A stretch of 64,000 bases of DNA, from contig CACLVA010000001.1 in assembly GCA_902610315.1 (NCBI GenBank), positions 107,614-171,613 of the forward strand, given 5' to 3'. The notes under the pieces were generated by a model. That model had not been told where the DNA came from and did not search any database. It saw nothing but the letters and a program-made list of their open reading frames with translations. Within the stretch, counting starts at the first letter, position 1. The number at the start of each line of letters is the position of its first letter. Positions 49,860 to 61,241 of the stretch are shown here, one piece after another. The position numbers and the translations under genes are program-made. The stretch comes from an uncultured Pelagibacteraceae bacterium. Lineage in GTDB: Bacteria > Pseudomonadota > Alphaproteobacteria > Pelagibacterales > Pelagibacteraceae.

Positions 49860-50545
49860 TGTTTCAAGTAAAAATATTCACTTTATATCCAGACTTTTTT
49901 CCAGGAATTCTAAGCAAAGGTATCTATGGAAGAGCAATCGAGAAAAGTTTGTGGAACTTGGATGTAATCAATATTAGAGACTACGCAAAGGATAAGCATA
50001 AAACAGTAGATGATACTCCCTACGGAGGTGGTGAAGGAATGGTTTTAAAACCTGATGTAGTTGCAAAAGCACTAGATCAAAATTTAAAAAAAAATGAAAA
50101 AATTATTTACTTAACACCTAAAGGAAAGACTTTTGATCAAAATAAAGCAAAAAAATTTTTGAACGAAAAAAAAATAAATATTCTTTGTGGTCATTTTGAA
50201 GGAATTGACCAAAGAGTCATAGAGTCCAGAGGTATTGAAGAGATAAGTATCGGGGACTACATTTTGTCAGGTGGCGAGACAGCTGCATACGTAATTTTGG
50301 ATAGCATATTAAGACTTGTGCCGGGTGTTCTAGGAAATGAAAATTCTTACAAAGACGAAAGTTTTGAAAATGGTTTATTGGAGTATCCTCAGTATACAAA
50401 ACCACAAATATGGGAAAAAACACCAGTTCCTGAGGTGCTTTTATCGGGAGATCATAGCAAAATTAAAGACTGGCGTTTATCTCAATCAGAGGCTATAACA
50501 CGCCACCGAAGACCAGACTTGTGGCAAAAATATAAAAAGAATTAA
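49859..50545 (+). CDS. trmD: tRNA (guanine-N1)-methyltransferase
   Basis: [39 protein letters not shown]. Confidence 0.96.
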   Translation: MFQVKIFTLYPDFFPGILSKGIYGRAIEKSLWNLDVINIRDYAKDKHKTVDDTPYGGGEGMVLKPDVVAKALDQNLKKNEKIIYLTPKGKTFDQNKAKKFLNEKKINILCGHFEGIDQRVIESRGIEEISIGDYILSGGETAAYVILDSILRLVPGVLGNENSYKDESFENGLLEYPQYTKPQIWEKTPVPEVLLSGDHSKIKDWRLSQSEAITRHRRPDLWQKYKKN

Positions 50546-50546
50546 A

Positions 50547-51086
50547 TTGATAAACATACAAATGAAAAATATTGAAGAAATAAATAGAGAGAACGTAAAG
50601 AAAATCTCATCAGAAAAAAAATTACCAGATTTCTTTCCTGGAGATATTATTAAAGTTGGTGTTAGAATTACAGAAGGAAAGAGAGAAAGAATTCAATATT
50701 TTGAGGGCGTTTGTATCGCAAAAAAAAATAGAGACATTAACTCTTCATTTACCGTAAGAAAAATATCATTTGGCGAAGGAGTTGAAAGAACATTTGCACT
50801 CTTTAGTCCAATTGTTGATACAATTAAAGTTATAAGATCTGGGAAAGTAAGAAGAGCTAAGCTATACTACTTAAGAGACAGAACAGGAAAATCGGCAAAA
50901 ATTGCTGAAAAAATTAAAAAGAAAATCGGTATTGATATAGAGACAAAACCTGAGGGAGTAACAGAGGAAAATGTTGTTAAACAGACAACAAAAGATGATA
51001 AAGTAGAAACTCCTGAGGATGATAAATCTCCGTCTTTAAAAAAAGATGAGAGTCTTAAAGAAGACAGCACTAAAAAGGCTAAATAA
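50547..51086 (+). CDS. rplS: 50S ribosomal protein L19 with charged C-terminal tail (start probably ATG 50562)
   Basis: [39 protein letters not shown]. Confidence 0.95.
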   Translation: MINIQMKNIEEINRENVKKISSEKKLPDFFPGDIIKVGVRITEGKRERIQYFEGVCIAKKNRDINSSFTVRKISFGEGVERTFALFSPIVDTIKVIRSGKVRRAKLYYLRDRTGKSAKIAEKIKKKIGIDIETKPEGVTEENVVKQTTKDDKVETPEDDKSPSLKKDESLKEDSTKKAK

Positions 51087-51102
51087 AATTAAACTTTTTT
51101 AA

Positions 51103-52506
51103 ATGTCAAAAACTTTATACGATAAAATCTGGGAAGAACATTTAGTACATCAGCAAGAAGATGGCACATCTTTGTTATTTGTCGATAGACATTTAATACA
51201 TGAGGTTACTAGTCCCCAAGCTTTTGAAGGTTTAAGAAATTCTAACAGGAAAGTTAGAAATCCCAAATTAACACTTGCAGTTGCAGATCATAATGTTCCA
51301 ACTACAGATAGATCTAAAGGTATTGCAGATGAGGAATCTAAAATCCAAGTTGATACACTAGGTAGGAATTGTAAGGAGTTTGGAATTAAACTTTTTGGAA
51401 TGTCTGACAAAAGACAGGGTATAGTACATATTATTGGGCCAGAGCAAGGATTTACACAGCCTGGGAACATAATTGTTTGTGGAGATAGTCATACAGCAAC
51501 CCATGGAGCTTTTGGCGCATTAGCTTTTGGAATAGGTACTTCAGAAGTTGAGCATGTGTTGGCAACCCAAACGTTGGTTCAAAAAAAATCAAAAAATTTA
51601 AGAATAAGTGTTAATGGTAAATTACCAATCGGAGTAACGTCTAAAGATGTAATTTTACAAATAATAGGAAAAATTGGAACTGCTGGCGGTACAGGTTATG
51701 TAATTGAATATGCTGGAGATGTTATCTCATCATTGACAGTGGAAAATAGAATGACAATTTGCAACATGACAATCGAAGGCGGAGCACGAGCAGGATTGAT
51801 AGCTCCTGACGAAAAGATATTTAGATATTTAAAAGGTAAACCGATGGCACCAAAAAACGAAATCTGGGATAAAGCAGTTGAATATTGGAGTAAACTTAAT
51901 TCAGATAATAACGCTAATTTTGATAAAGAAGTTACACTTAAAGGAGAAGACATACAGCCGATGGTTACTTGGGGTACATCACCACAAGATGTTATTACTA
52001 TAGATGGAAAAGTCCCTAATCCTTCTGATGAAAAAGATAATGACAGAAGAAACTCGATTGAAAGATCTTTAAAATATATGGGTCTTAAACCAAATACATT
52101 AATTAAAGATATAAAAATTGACAAAGTTTTCATAGGTAGCTGTACAAATGGTAGAATTGAAGATTTAAGAGATGCAGCAAAAATTCTAAAGGATAAGAAA
52201 ATTGCATCTCATGTAAAAGCCATGGTCGTTCCAGGATCAGGGTTAGTAAAAGAACAAGCTGAACAAGAGGGTTTAGATAAAATATTTTTAAATTCTGGAT
52301 TTGAATGGAGAGAACCAGGATGTTCCATGTGTTTAGCAATGAATGCTGATAAACTTAAACCAGAGGAAAGATGCGCATCAACATCTAACAGAAATTTTGA
52401 GGGTAGACAGGGTAGAGGTGGTAGAACACATTTAGTTAGCCCAGCTATGGCAGCAGCTGCAGCAATTTCTGGAAATTTTGATGATGTAAGAAAGTATAAA
52501 AATTAA
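51103..52506 (+). CDS. leuC: 3-isopropylmalate dehydratase large subunit
   Basis: [37 protein letters not shown]. Confidence 0.97.
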   Translation: MSKTLYDKIWEEHLVHQQEDGTSLLFVDRHLIHEVTSPQAFEGLRNSNRKVRNPKLTLAVADHNVPTTDRSKGIADEESKIQVDTLGRNCKEFGIKLFGMSDKRQGIVHIIGPEQGFTQPGNIIVCGDSHTATHGAFGALAFGIGTSEVEHVLATQTLVQKKSKNLRISVNGKLPIGVTSKDVILQIIGKIGTAGGTGYVIEYAGDVISSLTVENRMTICNMTIEGGARAGLIAPDEKIFRYLKGKPMAPKNEIWDKAVEYWSKLNSDNNANFDKEVTLKGEDIQPMVTWGTSPQDVITIDGKVPNPSDEKDNDRRNSIERSLKYMGLKPNTLIKDIKIDKVFIGSCTNGRIEDLRDAAKILKDKKIASHVKAMVVPGSGLVKEQAEQEGLDKIFLNSGFEWREPGCSMCLAMNADKLKPEERCASTSNRNFEGRQGRGGRTHLVSPAMAAAAAISGNFDDVRKYKN

Positions 52507-53111
52507 TGAAAAAGTTTAATAAATTAAAAAGCATTCCTGCATACATACCAATAGTTAATATCGATACGGATATGATAATTCCTAAACAATTTTTAAAAAC
52601 TATTAAAAGGACAGGTTTAGGAAAAAATCTTTTTTTCGAGATGAGGTATGATGATGAAGGTAAAGAAATTTCTGACTTTGTTCTAAATAATGAACCTTAC
52701 AATCAATCAAAAATATTAATCACTGGTAAAAATTTTGGATGTGGTTCATCGAGAGAACATGCGCCTTGGGCACTTTTAGACTTTGGTATTACTTGTGTAA
52801 TAAGTTCTAGTTATGCAGATATATTTTACAATAATTGTTTCAAAAATGGCATCTTACCAATAACTGTCAAAGAGGAAGTAATAAAAGAATTATCTGAATA
52901 CTCTACAAGAAAAGAAGAAATATCGATAAACTTGGAGGACCAGTCTATAAAATTTGGAAATAATGAAATTAAGTTTGAAATTGATGAATTTAAAAAAAAA
53001 TGCCTTCTAGAAGGTTTAGATGATATCTCTCTTTCGTTAGCCCAGTCTTCAAAGATTTCAGCTTATGAAAGCAAAATAAAGTCATCGAAGCCTTGGATTT
53101 TTAATGATTAA
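52506..53111 (+). CDS. leuD: 3-isopropylmalate dehydratase small subunit
   Basis: [24 protein letters not shown]. Confidence 0.97.
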   Translation: MKKFNKLKSIPAYIPIVNIDTDMIIPKQFLKTIKRTGLGKNLFFEMRYDDEGKEISDFVLNNEPYNQSKILITGKNFGCGSSREHAPWALLDFGITCVISSSYADIFYNNCFKNGILPITVKEEVIKELSEYSTRKEEISINLEDQSIKFGNNEIKFEIDEFKKKCLLEGLDDISLSLAQSSKISAYESKIKSSKPWIFND

Positions 53112-54213
53112 AGTAAAAAAAAGAAAAATTTTACTTTTACCTGGGGATGGCATTGGTCCAGAAGTAATCAATGAAGTAAAAAAAATAATTGAATGGTTTA
53201 ATAAAAATAGATCTCTTGATTTCGAAGTAGATCAAGATTTAGTAGGTGGGGCTGCGTATGATAAATTTAAAACTCCCATTACCGATGAAGTATTTTTTAA
53301 AGCCTTAGAATGTGAAGCAGTAATTTTAGGCGCTGTAGGAGGCCCTAAATGGGATAACTTAGATTTTTCTAAAAAACCAGAAAGAGCATTACTAAAATTA
53401 AGAAAAGAACTTAAACTTTTTGCAAATTTACGACCTGCTATTTGTTTTAAACAGTTAGTTGAGGCTTCTAGTTTAAAACCCGAAATAGTATCAGGACTTG
53501 ATATAATGATTGTAAGGGAATTGACTGGAGGAATTTACTTTGGTGAACCAAGAGGTATAAAGCCCATCGATAATGGAGAGAGAAAAGGAATTAATACTCA
53601 TACATATACATCCAAAGAAATTGAAAGAGTTGCAAGAGTTGCTTTTGAATTAGCCAAAAAAAGAAATAATAAAGTTACTTCTTGTGAGAAATCAAATGTT
53701 ATGGAAGCTGGTCAACTGTGGAAAGAGGAAGTCACTACTCTTCACAAAAAAGACTATAAAGACGTAAATTTAGAACACATGCTTGCGGATAACTGTGCTA
53801 TGCAGTTATTAAGAAATCCAAAACAATTCGATGTAATAGTAACTGATAATTTGTTTGGAGATATACTTTCTGATGAAGCAGCAATGCTTACAGGCTCATT
53901 AGGATTACTACCTTCAGCCTCACTTGGTACAAAAGATAAAGATGGAAATTTAAGATCAATGTACGAACCTGTGCATGGTTCTGCTCCAGATATCGCAGGC
54001 AAAGGTATTGCTAATCCAATTGCAACAATTTTAAGTTTTTCAATGGCTTTAAAATATTCTTTAAACTTAGATAAAGAGTCCACTGAATTGGACAATGCAG
54101 TTCAGAAAGTTTTAGACGATGGATTAAGGACAAAAGACATTATTTCTAAAGGAAAAAAAGAAGTTTCCACCTCTATGATGGGGGATGCGATTATTGCGTG
54201 TTTGCAAAAATAA
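53104..54213 (+). CDS. leuB: 3-isopropylmalate dehydrogenase
   Basis: [40 protein letters not shown]. Confidence 0.97.
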   Translation: MIKVKKRKILLLPGDGIGPEVINEVKKIIEWFNKNRSLDFEVDQDLVGGAAYDKFKTPITDEVFFKALECEAVILGAVGGPKWDNLDFSKKPERALLKLRKELKLFANLRPAICFKQLVEASSLKPEIVSGLDIMIVRELTGGIYFGEPRGIKPIDNGERKGINTHTYTSKEIERVARVAFELAKKRNNKVTSCEKSNVMEAGQLWKEEVTTLHKKDYKDVNLEHMLADNCAMQLLRNPKQFDVIVTDNLFGDILSDEAAMLTGSLGLLPSASLGTKDKDGNLRSMYEPVHGSAPDIAGKGIANPIATILSFSMALKYSLNLDKESTELDNAVQKVLDDGLRTKDIISKGKKEVSTSMMGDAIIACLQK

Positions 54214-54246
54214 TTAAATTATCTTAATTTAAGTATAGTAAAAAAA

Positions 54247-56013
54247 ATGACAACTTATACAGCACCTGTTGAAGATATGATGTTTCTTTTTGAGAAATTA
54301 AGAGACAATAAAAATTATAATGACTTAGAAAAGTATAAAGATGTCAGTCCAGATCTCGTTAAAAACATTTTAGAAGAAGCAGCAAAAATAAATGAAAATT
54401 TAATTTTACCACTTGCAAAAGCTGGAGACGATAATCCTGCAGTTCTAGAAAATGGCGTAGTAAGAACACCACCTGGATATAAAGAAGTTTATCAAAAATA
54501 TATTGAGGATGGATGGACTTCATTATCCTGCGATCCAAAATATGGTGGACAGGGAATGCCTAGAACTGTAAGTGCTTTTTTTGATGAGATGATATCATCT
54601 GCTAGTTTGGCGTTTAAACTTTATAGTGAATTAACTCTCGGTGCTTATAATTGTATTCATCATCACGCCTCAGATGAAATTAAAGATAAATATCTTCCTA
54701 AAATGGTTGAGGGTAAATGGAGTGGTACAATGTGCTTAACAGAGCCAGTCTGTGGAACAGATTTAGGTTTATTAAAAACAAAAGCAGTAGAACAACAAGA
54801 TGGAACTTATAAAATTACAGGTCAAAAAATATTTATTACATCTGGAGACCATGATCTTACTGAAAATATAATCCATTTAGTAATTGCGAGAGCAACAGAC
54901 TCACCTAAAGGAACTAAAGGAATAAGTTTATTTTTAGTTCCAAAATTTGTTGTAAAAAATGATGGAACAATTGGTGCAAGAAATGGAATTTCAACAGGAT
55001 CTATAGAAACAAAAATGGGCATCAAAGGTTCAGCAACTTGTGTTTTAAATTTTGATGACGCAACTGGATTTATGATTGGTCCTAAAAATAAAGGATTAAG
55101 TCAAATGTTTACAATGATGAACCTAGAGAGAATTGTCGTTGGAATTCAAGGTTTAGGGATTTCAGAAATCGCTTACCAGAATTCATTAAGCTATGCTAAA
55201 GAGAGAAAACAAGGTAAAAGCAATAATAACAAATCTCAAAATGGAAATGCAGATTTAATTATTGAACATGCAGATATAAGAAAGTCATTATTAAACATGA
55301 AATCAATAATTGAGGGAGAAAGAGCATTATGTTTTTGGTTGTCACAACAAACTGAAGTTAGCTTAAATCATAGTGATCAGAAAATTAAACAAGATGCATC
55401 AGATATGGTTTCATTAATGACACCAGTTGTAAAATCTTTATTTTCAGATTTAGGTATGGAAATTACTAGTGATGCAATGCAAATATATGGAGGATACGGG
55501 TATACAAAAGATCAAGGTATAGAGCAATTATACAGAGATAATAGAATAACACCTATTTACGAAGGGACCAATTCAGTGCAGGCTGCTGATTTAGTTTTTA
55601 GAAAATTATCGAATAAAAATGGAAACATAATTAATAAATTCTTAGATCTTATTAAATCTGAAACTAATTCAAATAACGAAAAAATTAAACCGTTTGTTAA
55701 AGAATTTAATAATTATCTAGAAATCCTTAAAAAATTCAGTGAATGGACAATTGATAGATCTGAGACTAACAGAGATGATGTAAGCGCAGCAGCAAATGAT
55801 TATTTGAAAACACTTGGTTATATTTCTTTGGCCTTTGCTTGGATTAAAACACTTCAAGTAAGTTTTAAAGATTACGAAGAAAATAAGAAATTCTATGATG
55901 ACAAAATAAATACTGCTAAATTTTATTTTGAAAAAGTATTACCTAGGGCTGAACAACACTATAAATCTGCCATTTCAGGAAGTTCAAACATTATGAATTT
56001 TAATTTTAACTGA
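54247..56013 (+). CDS. dmdC: Acyl-CoA dehydrogenase, probable methylmercaptopropionyl-CoA dehydrogenase
   Basis: GTMCLTEP, KIFIT, KMGIKGSAT, IYEGTN; clustered with dmdA. Confidence 0.82.
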   Translation: MTTYTAPVEDMMFLFEKLRDNKNYNDLEKYKDVSPDLVKNILEEAAKINENLILPLAKAGDDNPAVLENGVVRTPPGYKEVYQKYIEDGWTSLSCDPKYGGQGMPRTVSAFFDEMISSASLAFKLYSELTLGAYNCIHHHASDEIKDKYLPKMVEGKWSGTMCLTEPVCGTDLGLLKTKAVEQQDGTYKITGQKIFITSGDHDLTENIIHLVIARATDSPKGTKGISLFLVPKFVVKNDGTIGARNGISTGSIETKMGIKGSATCVLNFDDATGFMIGPKNKGLSQMFTMMNLERIVVGIQGLGISEIAYQNSLSYAKERKQGKSNNNKSQNGNADLIIEHADIRKSLLNMKSIIEGERALCFWLSQQTEVSLNHSDQKIKQDASDMVSLMTPVVKSLFSDLGMEITSDAMQIYGGYGYTKDQGIEQLYRDNRITPIYEGTNSVQAADLVFRKLSNKNGNIINKFLDLIKSETNSNNEKIKPFVKEFNNYLEILKKFSEWTIDRSETNRDDVSAAANDYLKTLGYISLAFAWIKTLQVSFKDYEENKKFYDDKINTAKFYFEKVLPRAEQHYKSAISGSSNIMNFNFN

Positions 56014-56014
56014 A

Positions 56015-57643
56015 ATGAGTCATTACGATAATAACTTAGACAAAAATAACGCAAATTTTGTTCCATTAACTCCATTAAGTTTCCTCGAAAGAGCAAAAGA
56101 TATCTATCCAGATTATGAAGCTTTAATTTATGAAGATAGGTCTTACACCTGGGAACAAATTTATAAGAGATGCATAAAATTTGCGAGTGCACTAGAAAAA
56201 ATTGGTATTAAGGAGGGGGATACAGTTTCAGTCATGGCTTTTAATACACCTGAAATTTTTGAGGCTCATTATTCTGTACCAATGACTGGAGCAGTTCTAA
56301 ATACTATAAACACAAGATTAGATGCTAAGACAGTTGCATATATTATTGATCATAGCGAAGCAAAAGTATTAATTGTTGATCGACAACTACATTCAGTTTT
56401 AAAAAAAGCATTGGAATTATCCAAAAACAAACCTTTAATAATTGATATTCATGATAAATTTGCTGATCAATCTTTATTAAAAAAAATTGGTGAAAAAGAA
56501 TATGAAGAATTCCTGAATACTGGTGATGAAACATTCATCTGGAAGAGACCAAAAGATGAATGGCAAGCAATATCTTTAAGTTATACCTCAGGAACGACAG
56601 GAAATCCAAAAGGAGTTGTGTATCACCATAGAGGTTCTTATTTAATGTCTACAGGAAGTGCAATTGCATGGAACATGCCAAATAGATTAAATTTTTTAAC
56701 AGTTGTTCCAATGTTTCACTGCAATGGTTGGGGATATCCCTGGACAATCCCGATGCTAAACGGCAAAACAATTTGTTTAAGAGCCATTGATATAAAAAAA
56801 ATTTTTGAGTTAATTATTAAGCATGAAATTACACATTTTGGTGGAGCACCAATAGTTTTAAATATGATAACTGGTGCATCAGAAAGTGATAGAAAAAAAC
56901 TTACACATAAAGTTTATGTTCTTACAGCTGGAGCACCACCACCAAGTATTATATTTAAAAAAATGGAAGCACTTGGTTTTGAAGTAATGCATGTTTATGG
57001 ACTAACAGAAACATACGGACATATTTTACAATGTGCATGGAATGAGAATTGGAATTCTTTTGATGAAGACAAGAAAAATGAGATTAAAGCAAGACAAGGT
57101 GTTAGATATCCTAATACAGAGGATGTAATGGTAATGGACCCCGAGTCTATGAAACCTGTTCCTAAAGATGCAAAAACCATTGGTGAGATAATGATTAAAG
57201 GTAACGTAGTTATGAAAGGTTACTTTAAAGATAAAGATGCAACAGATAAAGCAATGTCACATGGTTGGTTTCACTCTGGGGATTTGGCTGTAGTTAATCC
57301 TGATGGATATATTAAAATTAAAGATAGATCTAAGGATATAATTATTTCAGGAGGAGAAAATATTTCATCTATAGAAATTGAAAATACCTTAGCAAAACAT
57401 CCATCTGTTTCGATAGCTGCAGTAGTTGCAAAACCGGATGAAAAATGGGGAGAGGTTCCTTGTGCTTTTATTGAGAAAGTGCAAGATAAAGATGTATCAG
57501 AAAAAGAATTAATTGATTTTTGTAGAGAGACTTTAGCTGGTTTTAAAATACCAAAAAAAGTAGCATTTTGTGAATTACCAAAAACTTCAACAGGAAAAAT
57601 TCAAAAATTTGAGCTAAGAAAAAAAGCCAAGGAACTTACTTGA
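56015..57643 (+). CDS. dmdB: Acyl-CoA ligase, probable methylmercaptopropionate-CoA ligase
   Basis: YTSGTTGNPKG, PMFHCNGW, YGLTE, SGGENISS, PKTSTGKIQK; clustered with dmdA. Confidence 0.82.
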   Translation: MSHYDNNLDKNNANFVPLTPLSFLERAKDIYPDYEALIYEDRSYTWEQIYKRCIKFASALEKIGIKEGDTVSVMAFNTPEIFEAHYSVPMTGAVLNTINTRLDAKTVAYIIDHSEAKVLIVDRQLHSVLKKALELSKNKPLIIDIHDKFADQSLLKKIGEKEYEEFLNTGDETFIWKRPKDEWQAISLSYTSGTTGNPKGVVYHHRGSYLMSTGSAIAWNMPNRLNFLTVVPMFHCNGWGYPWTIPMLNGKTICLRAIDIKKIFELIIKHEITHFGGAPIVLNMITGASESDRKKLTHKVYVLTAGAPPPSIIFKKMEALGFEVMHVYGLTETYGHILQCAWNENWNSFDEDKKNEIKARQGVRYPNTEDVMVMDPESMKPVPKDAKTIGEIMIKGNVVMKGYFKDKDATDKAMSHGWFHSGDLAVVNPDGYIKIKDRSKDIIISGGENISSIEIENTLAKHPSVSIAAVVAKPDEKWGEVPCAFIEKVQDKDVSEKELIDFCRETLAGFKIPKKVAFCELPKTSTGKIQKFELRKKAKELT

Positions 57644-58416
57644 TTCTTAAAGTAGATAATAAGCAGGTCTTTGCCTCCGATGCAGGTAAAGATTTTGATA
57701 AAAATAAAGAAACAATTTTTTTGCTTCATGGTAGTGGGTTAACACATATTGTTTGGTCTTTAACCGAACAATATTTGTCAAACAAAAATTTTAACATTTT
57801 AGCAATTGATTTACCTGGCCATGGAAAATCAGATGGACCATGTCTATCGAGCATAGAAAAAATTGCAGACTGGTTAGAAAATGTAAGAAATGAAATAAAT
57901 GTTGAAAAAGTATCAATAATTGGTCATTCGCAAGGGTGCCTTGAGGCGATAGAATATGGTTCAAAATATAAAAATCATATTTCTAAATTAGTATTGTTGG
58001 CTGGGTCTTATAAAATGCCAGTCAATCAAGATTTGATTGATTTAGCTGAGTCTGGGGATAAAAAAGCAGTTCATCTGATGATGAAATGGGGTTATGAGGG
58101 ATCAAAAAAATTTATTGGCGGAAACCCGGTAGAAAAAATTATCAACTCATCAAGAGAAGTTAAGGAAATTTTATCTGTAGATCTTAAAGCTTGTAATAAT
58201 TATAAAAACGGAAAAGATGCATCGACAAGTATTGAGTGTCCAACAATTCTTATTTTTGGAGCACTTGATAAAATGGTGCCAACTGAAAATGGAAAAAAAT
58301 TTGCTAATTTAATAAAAAACTCAAAAACTGAGATTTTAAATGATTGTGGACATATGATTATGTTTGAAAAAGCTTTTGAAATGAGGGAAAAGGTAGCAGA
58401 ATTTTTAAAAAAATGA
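57640..58416 (+). CDS. Alpha/beta hydrolase within the dmd cluster
   Basis: LHGSG, DLPGHG, GHSQG nucleophile, GALDKM, CGHM. Confidence 0.88.
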   Translation: MILKVDNKQVFASDAGKDFDKNKETIFLLHGSGLTHIVWSLTEQYLSNKNFNILAIDLPGHGKSDGPCLSSIEKIADWLENVRNEINVEKVSIIGHSQGCLEAIEYGSKYKNHISKLVLLAGSYKMPVNQDLIDLAESGDKKAVHLMMKWGYEGSKKFIGGNPVEKIINSSREVKEILSVDLKACNNYKNGKDASTSIECPTILIFGALDKMVPTENGKKFANLIKNSKTEILNDCGHMIMFEKAFEMREKVAEFLKK

Positions 58417-59522
58417 AAAACTTTTCAATTATAAAATCAAGAAGATTAAGAAGCACACCTTACACTGATAGAATAGAAGCTCATGGGGTGAGTGGTTATA
58501 CAGTTTACAATCACATGCTACTCCCGGTCTCTTTTAAGTCGGTAGAAGCTGATTATGAGCATCTTAAGAAATTTGTGCAAGTATGGGATGTGGCTGCAGA
58601 AAGACAGGTACAAATTACTGGTAAAGACTCTGCAAAATTAGTTCAACTAATGACGTGTAGAGATTTATCAAATTCAAAAGTTGGAAAATGCTATTATGCA
58701 CCTTTAATTGACGATCAAGGAAATTTAGTTAATGATCCAATTATAAATAAACTTGCAGATGATAAATGGTGGCTTTCAATAGCCGACTCAGATGTAATAT
58801 TTTTTGCAAAAGGTTTAGCTGCCGGATACAAATTTGAAGTGGAGATTACTGAACCAAACGTAAATATTTTAGCTGTCCAAGGACCTTTGTCTGATAATCT
58901 TTTGGCAAAAATATTTGGTGAAGAAATTAGACAATTAAAATTTTTTAATTTTAAGTATTACGAATTCAAAGGAAAAAAATATTTTATTGCTAGATCTGGA
59001 TGGTCTAAACAAAGCGGTTTTGAAATATATGTTGAAGATGATAAAGCTGGTCAAGACTTATATGACTATTTGTTTGAATATGGTAAAGAATTTAATGTAA
59101 AAGCAGGATGTCCAAATTTAATTGAAAGAATAGAATCTGCTTTATTATCTTATGGTAATGATTTTGATAATAGAGACAATCCATTTGAGGCAAATTTTGA
59201 TAAATTTGTGAATTTAGAATCGGATGTAAATTTCTTGGGCAAAGAAAGATTGAAACAAATTAAGCAAAATGGAATAAAAAGAAAATTAATGGGTGTTAAG
59301 ATTGATCATAATAAAATTGATATGTACTGTGAAAAAACATTATATGATGATAATAATAATATCGTTGGTCACGTTAGGTCTGCCGCATATTCTCCAACAT
59401 TTAAAAAAGTGATTGGAATTGCAATGGTTAATAAACCCTATTGGGATGCAAAACATCAATTTAAAATTGATATCAATGAGAAAATATTTCTAGGAACAGT
59501 TTGCGATTTACCTTTCATTTAG
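58413..59522 (+). CDS. dmdA: DMSP demethylase (GcvT family)
   Basis: [50 protein letters not shown] match the Pelagibacter DmdA pattern. Confidence 0.93.
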   Translation: MKNFSIIKSRRLRSTPYTDRIEAHGVSGYTVYNHMLLPVSFKSVEADYEHLKKFVQVWDVAAERQVQITGKDSAKLVQLMTCRDLSNSKVGKCYYAPLIDDQGNLVNDPIINKLADDKWWLSIADSDVIFFAKGLAAGYKFEVEITEPNVNILAVQGPLSDNLLAKIFGEEIRQLKFFNFKYYEFKGKKYFIARSGWSKQSGFEIYVEDDKAGQDLYDYLFEYGKEFNVKAGCPNLIERIESALLSYGNDFDNRDNPFEANFDKFVNLESDVNFLGKERLKQIKQNGIKRKLMGVKIDHNKIDMYCEKTLYDDNNNIVGHVRSAAYSPTFKKVIGIAMVNKPYWDAKHQFKIDINEKIFLGTVCDLPFI

Positions 59523-59537
59523 TATAAGTTAATCAAC

Positions 59538-60530
59538 ATGAATATAGCGATTGTAGGAGCAACAGGAAATGTTGGAAGAAAAATTATAGAAGTTCTGGAA
59601 AGAAAAAACTTTTCAGTGACTAATCTATACCTTCTAGCATCTGCTAAAAGCTCAGGTGTAAAAATTAAATTTAAAGACAGTGAAATTGAAGTAAGCGACC
59701 TAGAAAATTTTGATTTCTCAAAAGCTGATATTACATTTTTTTCTGCAGGTGGAAAAATTTCAGAAAAATATGTCTCTGCAGCAGCAAAGCATACAGTAGT
59801 TATAGATAATTCAAGCTATTTTAGAATGGATCCAGATGTGCCTTTAATTGTTCCTCAAGTCAATTCTAAAGAAATAAAAAATATGAAAAAAAATATTTTA
59901 GCTAATCCAAACTGTTCAACTGCTCAATTGGTAATAGTTTTAAAAAATTTGAATGATAATTTTAAAATAAAAAGATTGGTAATATCAACTTACCAATCCA
60001 CATCAGGTGCTGGAAAAAAACCTATGGATGAGCTTTTGAATCAAACAAAGAAAGCTCTTGAGAATAAAGAAATAAAAAGTGAGAATTTTACTAAACAAAT
60101 AGCATTTAATGCTATACCGCATATAGATAAATTTAGTACAGATGGATATACGAAAGAGGAAATTAAAATGATACAAGAGTCTAATAAAATTTTAGGTTCG
60201 AATATAGATATCACAGCAACGTGTGTTAGAATTCCTGTTTTAGTATCTCATGCGGAGTCTGTTAACGTTGAATTTGAGAATGAGGCACCAATTGATAAGG
60301 TTATAGAAATTTTAAATCAATCACCTGGTTGTAAAGTAATTGATGATAGGAATGATGGAGGATATATTACCCCAGTAGAAGCTGAAGGAAAAAATGAAAC
60401 TTTTATTTCAAGAATTAGAAAAGATAATAGTAAAAAAAATGCCATTAACATGTGGATAGTTTCAGACAATTTATTAAGAGGAGCGGCTTTAAATGCAGTG
60501 GAAATTGCGGAGGCATACATTAAGAAGTAA
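59538..60530 (+). CDS. asd: Aspartate-semialdehyde dehydrogenase
   Basis: GATGNVG, DNSS.FR, ANPNCST, TCVRIP..SH, DNLLRGAALN. Confidence 0.96.
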   Translation: MNIAIVGATGNVGRKIIEVLERKNFSVTNLYLLASAKSSGVKIKFKDSEIEVSDLENFDFSKADITFFSAGGKISEKYVSAAAKHTVVIDNSSYFRMDPDVPLIVPQVNSKEIKNMKKNILANPNCSTAQLVIVLKNLNDNFKIKRLVISTYQSTSGAGKKPMDELLNQTKKALENKEIKSENFTKQIAFNAIPHIDKFSTDGYTKEEIKMIQESNKILGSNIDITATCVRIPVLVSHAESVNVEFENEAPIDKVIEILNQSPGCKVIDDRNDGGYITPVEAEGKNETFISRIRKDNSKKNAINMWIVSDNLLRGAALNAVEIAEAYIKK

Positions 60531-60532
60531 TT

Positions 60533-60916
60533 ATGAAAGATAACAATCCTATATCTCCACACATACAAGTTTATAACTGGCATATTTCATCACTTGTTTC
60601 AATTTCTCACAGAATAACAGGAGTGATAAATTATTTATTATTAATACTTGTTTGTTTTTGGGTGATTAGTTTAATATTTGGCTCAGAAAGTTATCAATAC
60701 TTTAAAAAATTTTCAGAATCGATGGTGGGTAAGTTTTTTATTATTGGATTTATTTGGTCCTATTTATTTCAGATTTTAAGTGAAATCAGACATTGGTTCT
60801 GGGACATGGGTTATGGTTTTGAATTGAGAACTACAAAAATAACAGGTGTCATTGTGATATTAGGCTCTTTTATATTAACAATAGCTTTATACCTTCTAAG
60901 TGGAGTTCTAATTTAA
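60533..60916 (+). CDS. sdhC: Succinate dehydrogenase membrane subunit C
   Basis: PISPH..Y, SISHRITG, IRHWFWD; start of the sdh operon. Confidence 0.92.
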   Translation: MKDNNPISPHIQVYNWHISSLVSISHRITGVINYLLLILVCFWVISLIFGSESYQYFKKFSESMVGKFFIIGFIWSYLFQILSEIRHWFWDMGYGFELRTTKITGVIVILGSFILTIALYLLSGVLI

Positions 60917-61239
60917 TGCTTCAAGCTACAAAAAAATGGTTATTCCAAAAAATCAGTTCAGTAATAATGGTTCCTTTTATGATTTGGTTTTTGATGAATA
61001 TTGTTACAATATTTAATGGAAGTTATGATGAGGTAGTTAATTTCTTTACCTCACAGCCATCTAAAATATTATTTTCAATTTTCATAGTTAGCATGTTTTT
61101 TTATTCAGCTCTCAGTATTAGTGAGATTTTTGAGGACTATATAAAGCAGGAAAATGCAAAAAAATACGCAAATTTGGGTGTTTTTTTGTCATCTTTAATT
61201 ATCCCTCTATTTACAATAATTACTATTATATATTTATAA
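60916..61239 (+). CDS. sdhD: Succinate dehydrogenase membrane anchor D
   Basis: W..QK.S, EDYI; lies between sdhC and sdhA. Confidence 0.88.
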   Translation: MLQATKKWLFQKISSVIMVPFMIWFLMNIVTIFNGSYDEVVNFFTSQPSKILFSIFIVSMFFYSALSISEIFEDYIKQENAKKYANLGVFLSSLIIPLFTIITIIYL

Positions 61240-61241
61240 TT

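Noticed and set aside
49612-49977. Repetitive alternative-frame ORFs and a possible CRISPR-like array at the rpsP end
   Set aside because: These are products of the in-frame S16 coding repeat. There are no unique spacers and no cas genes.
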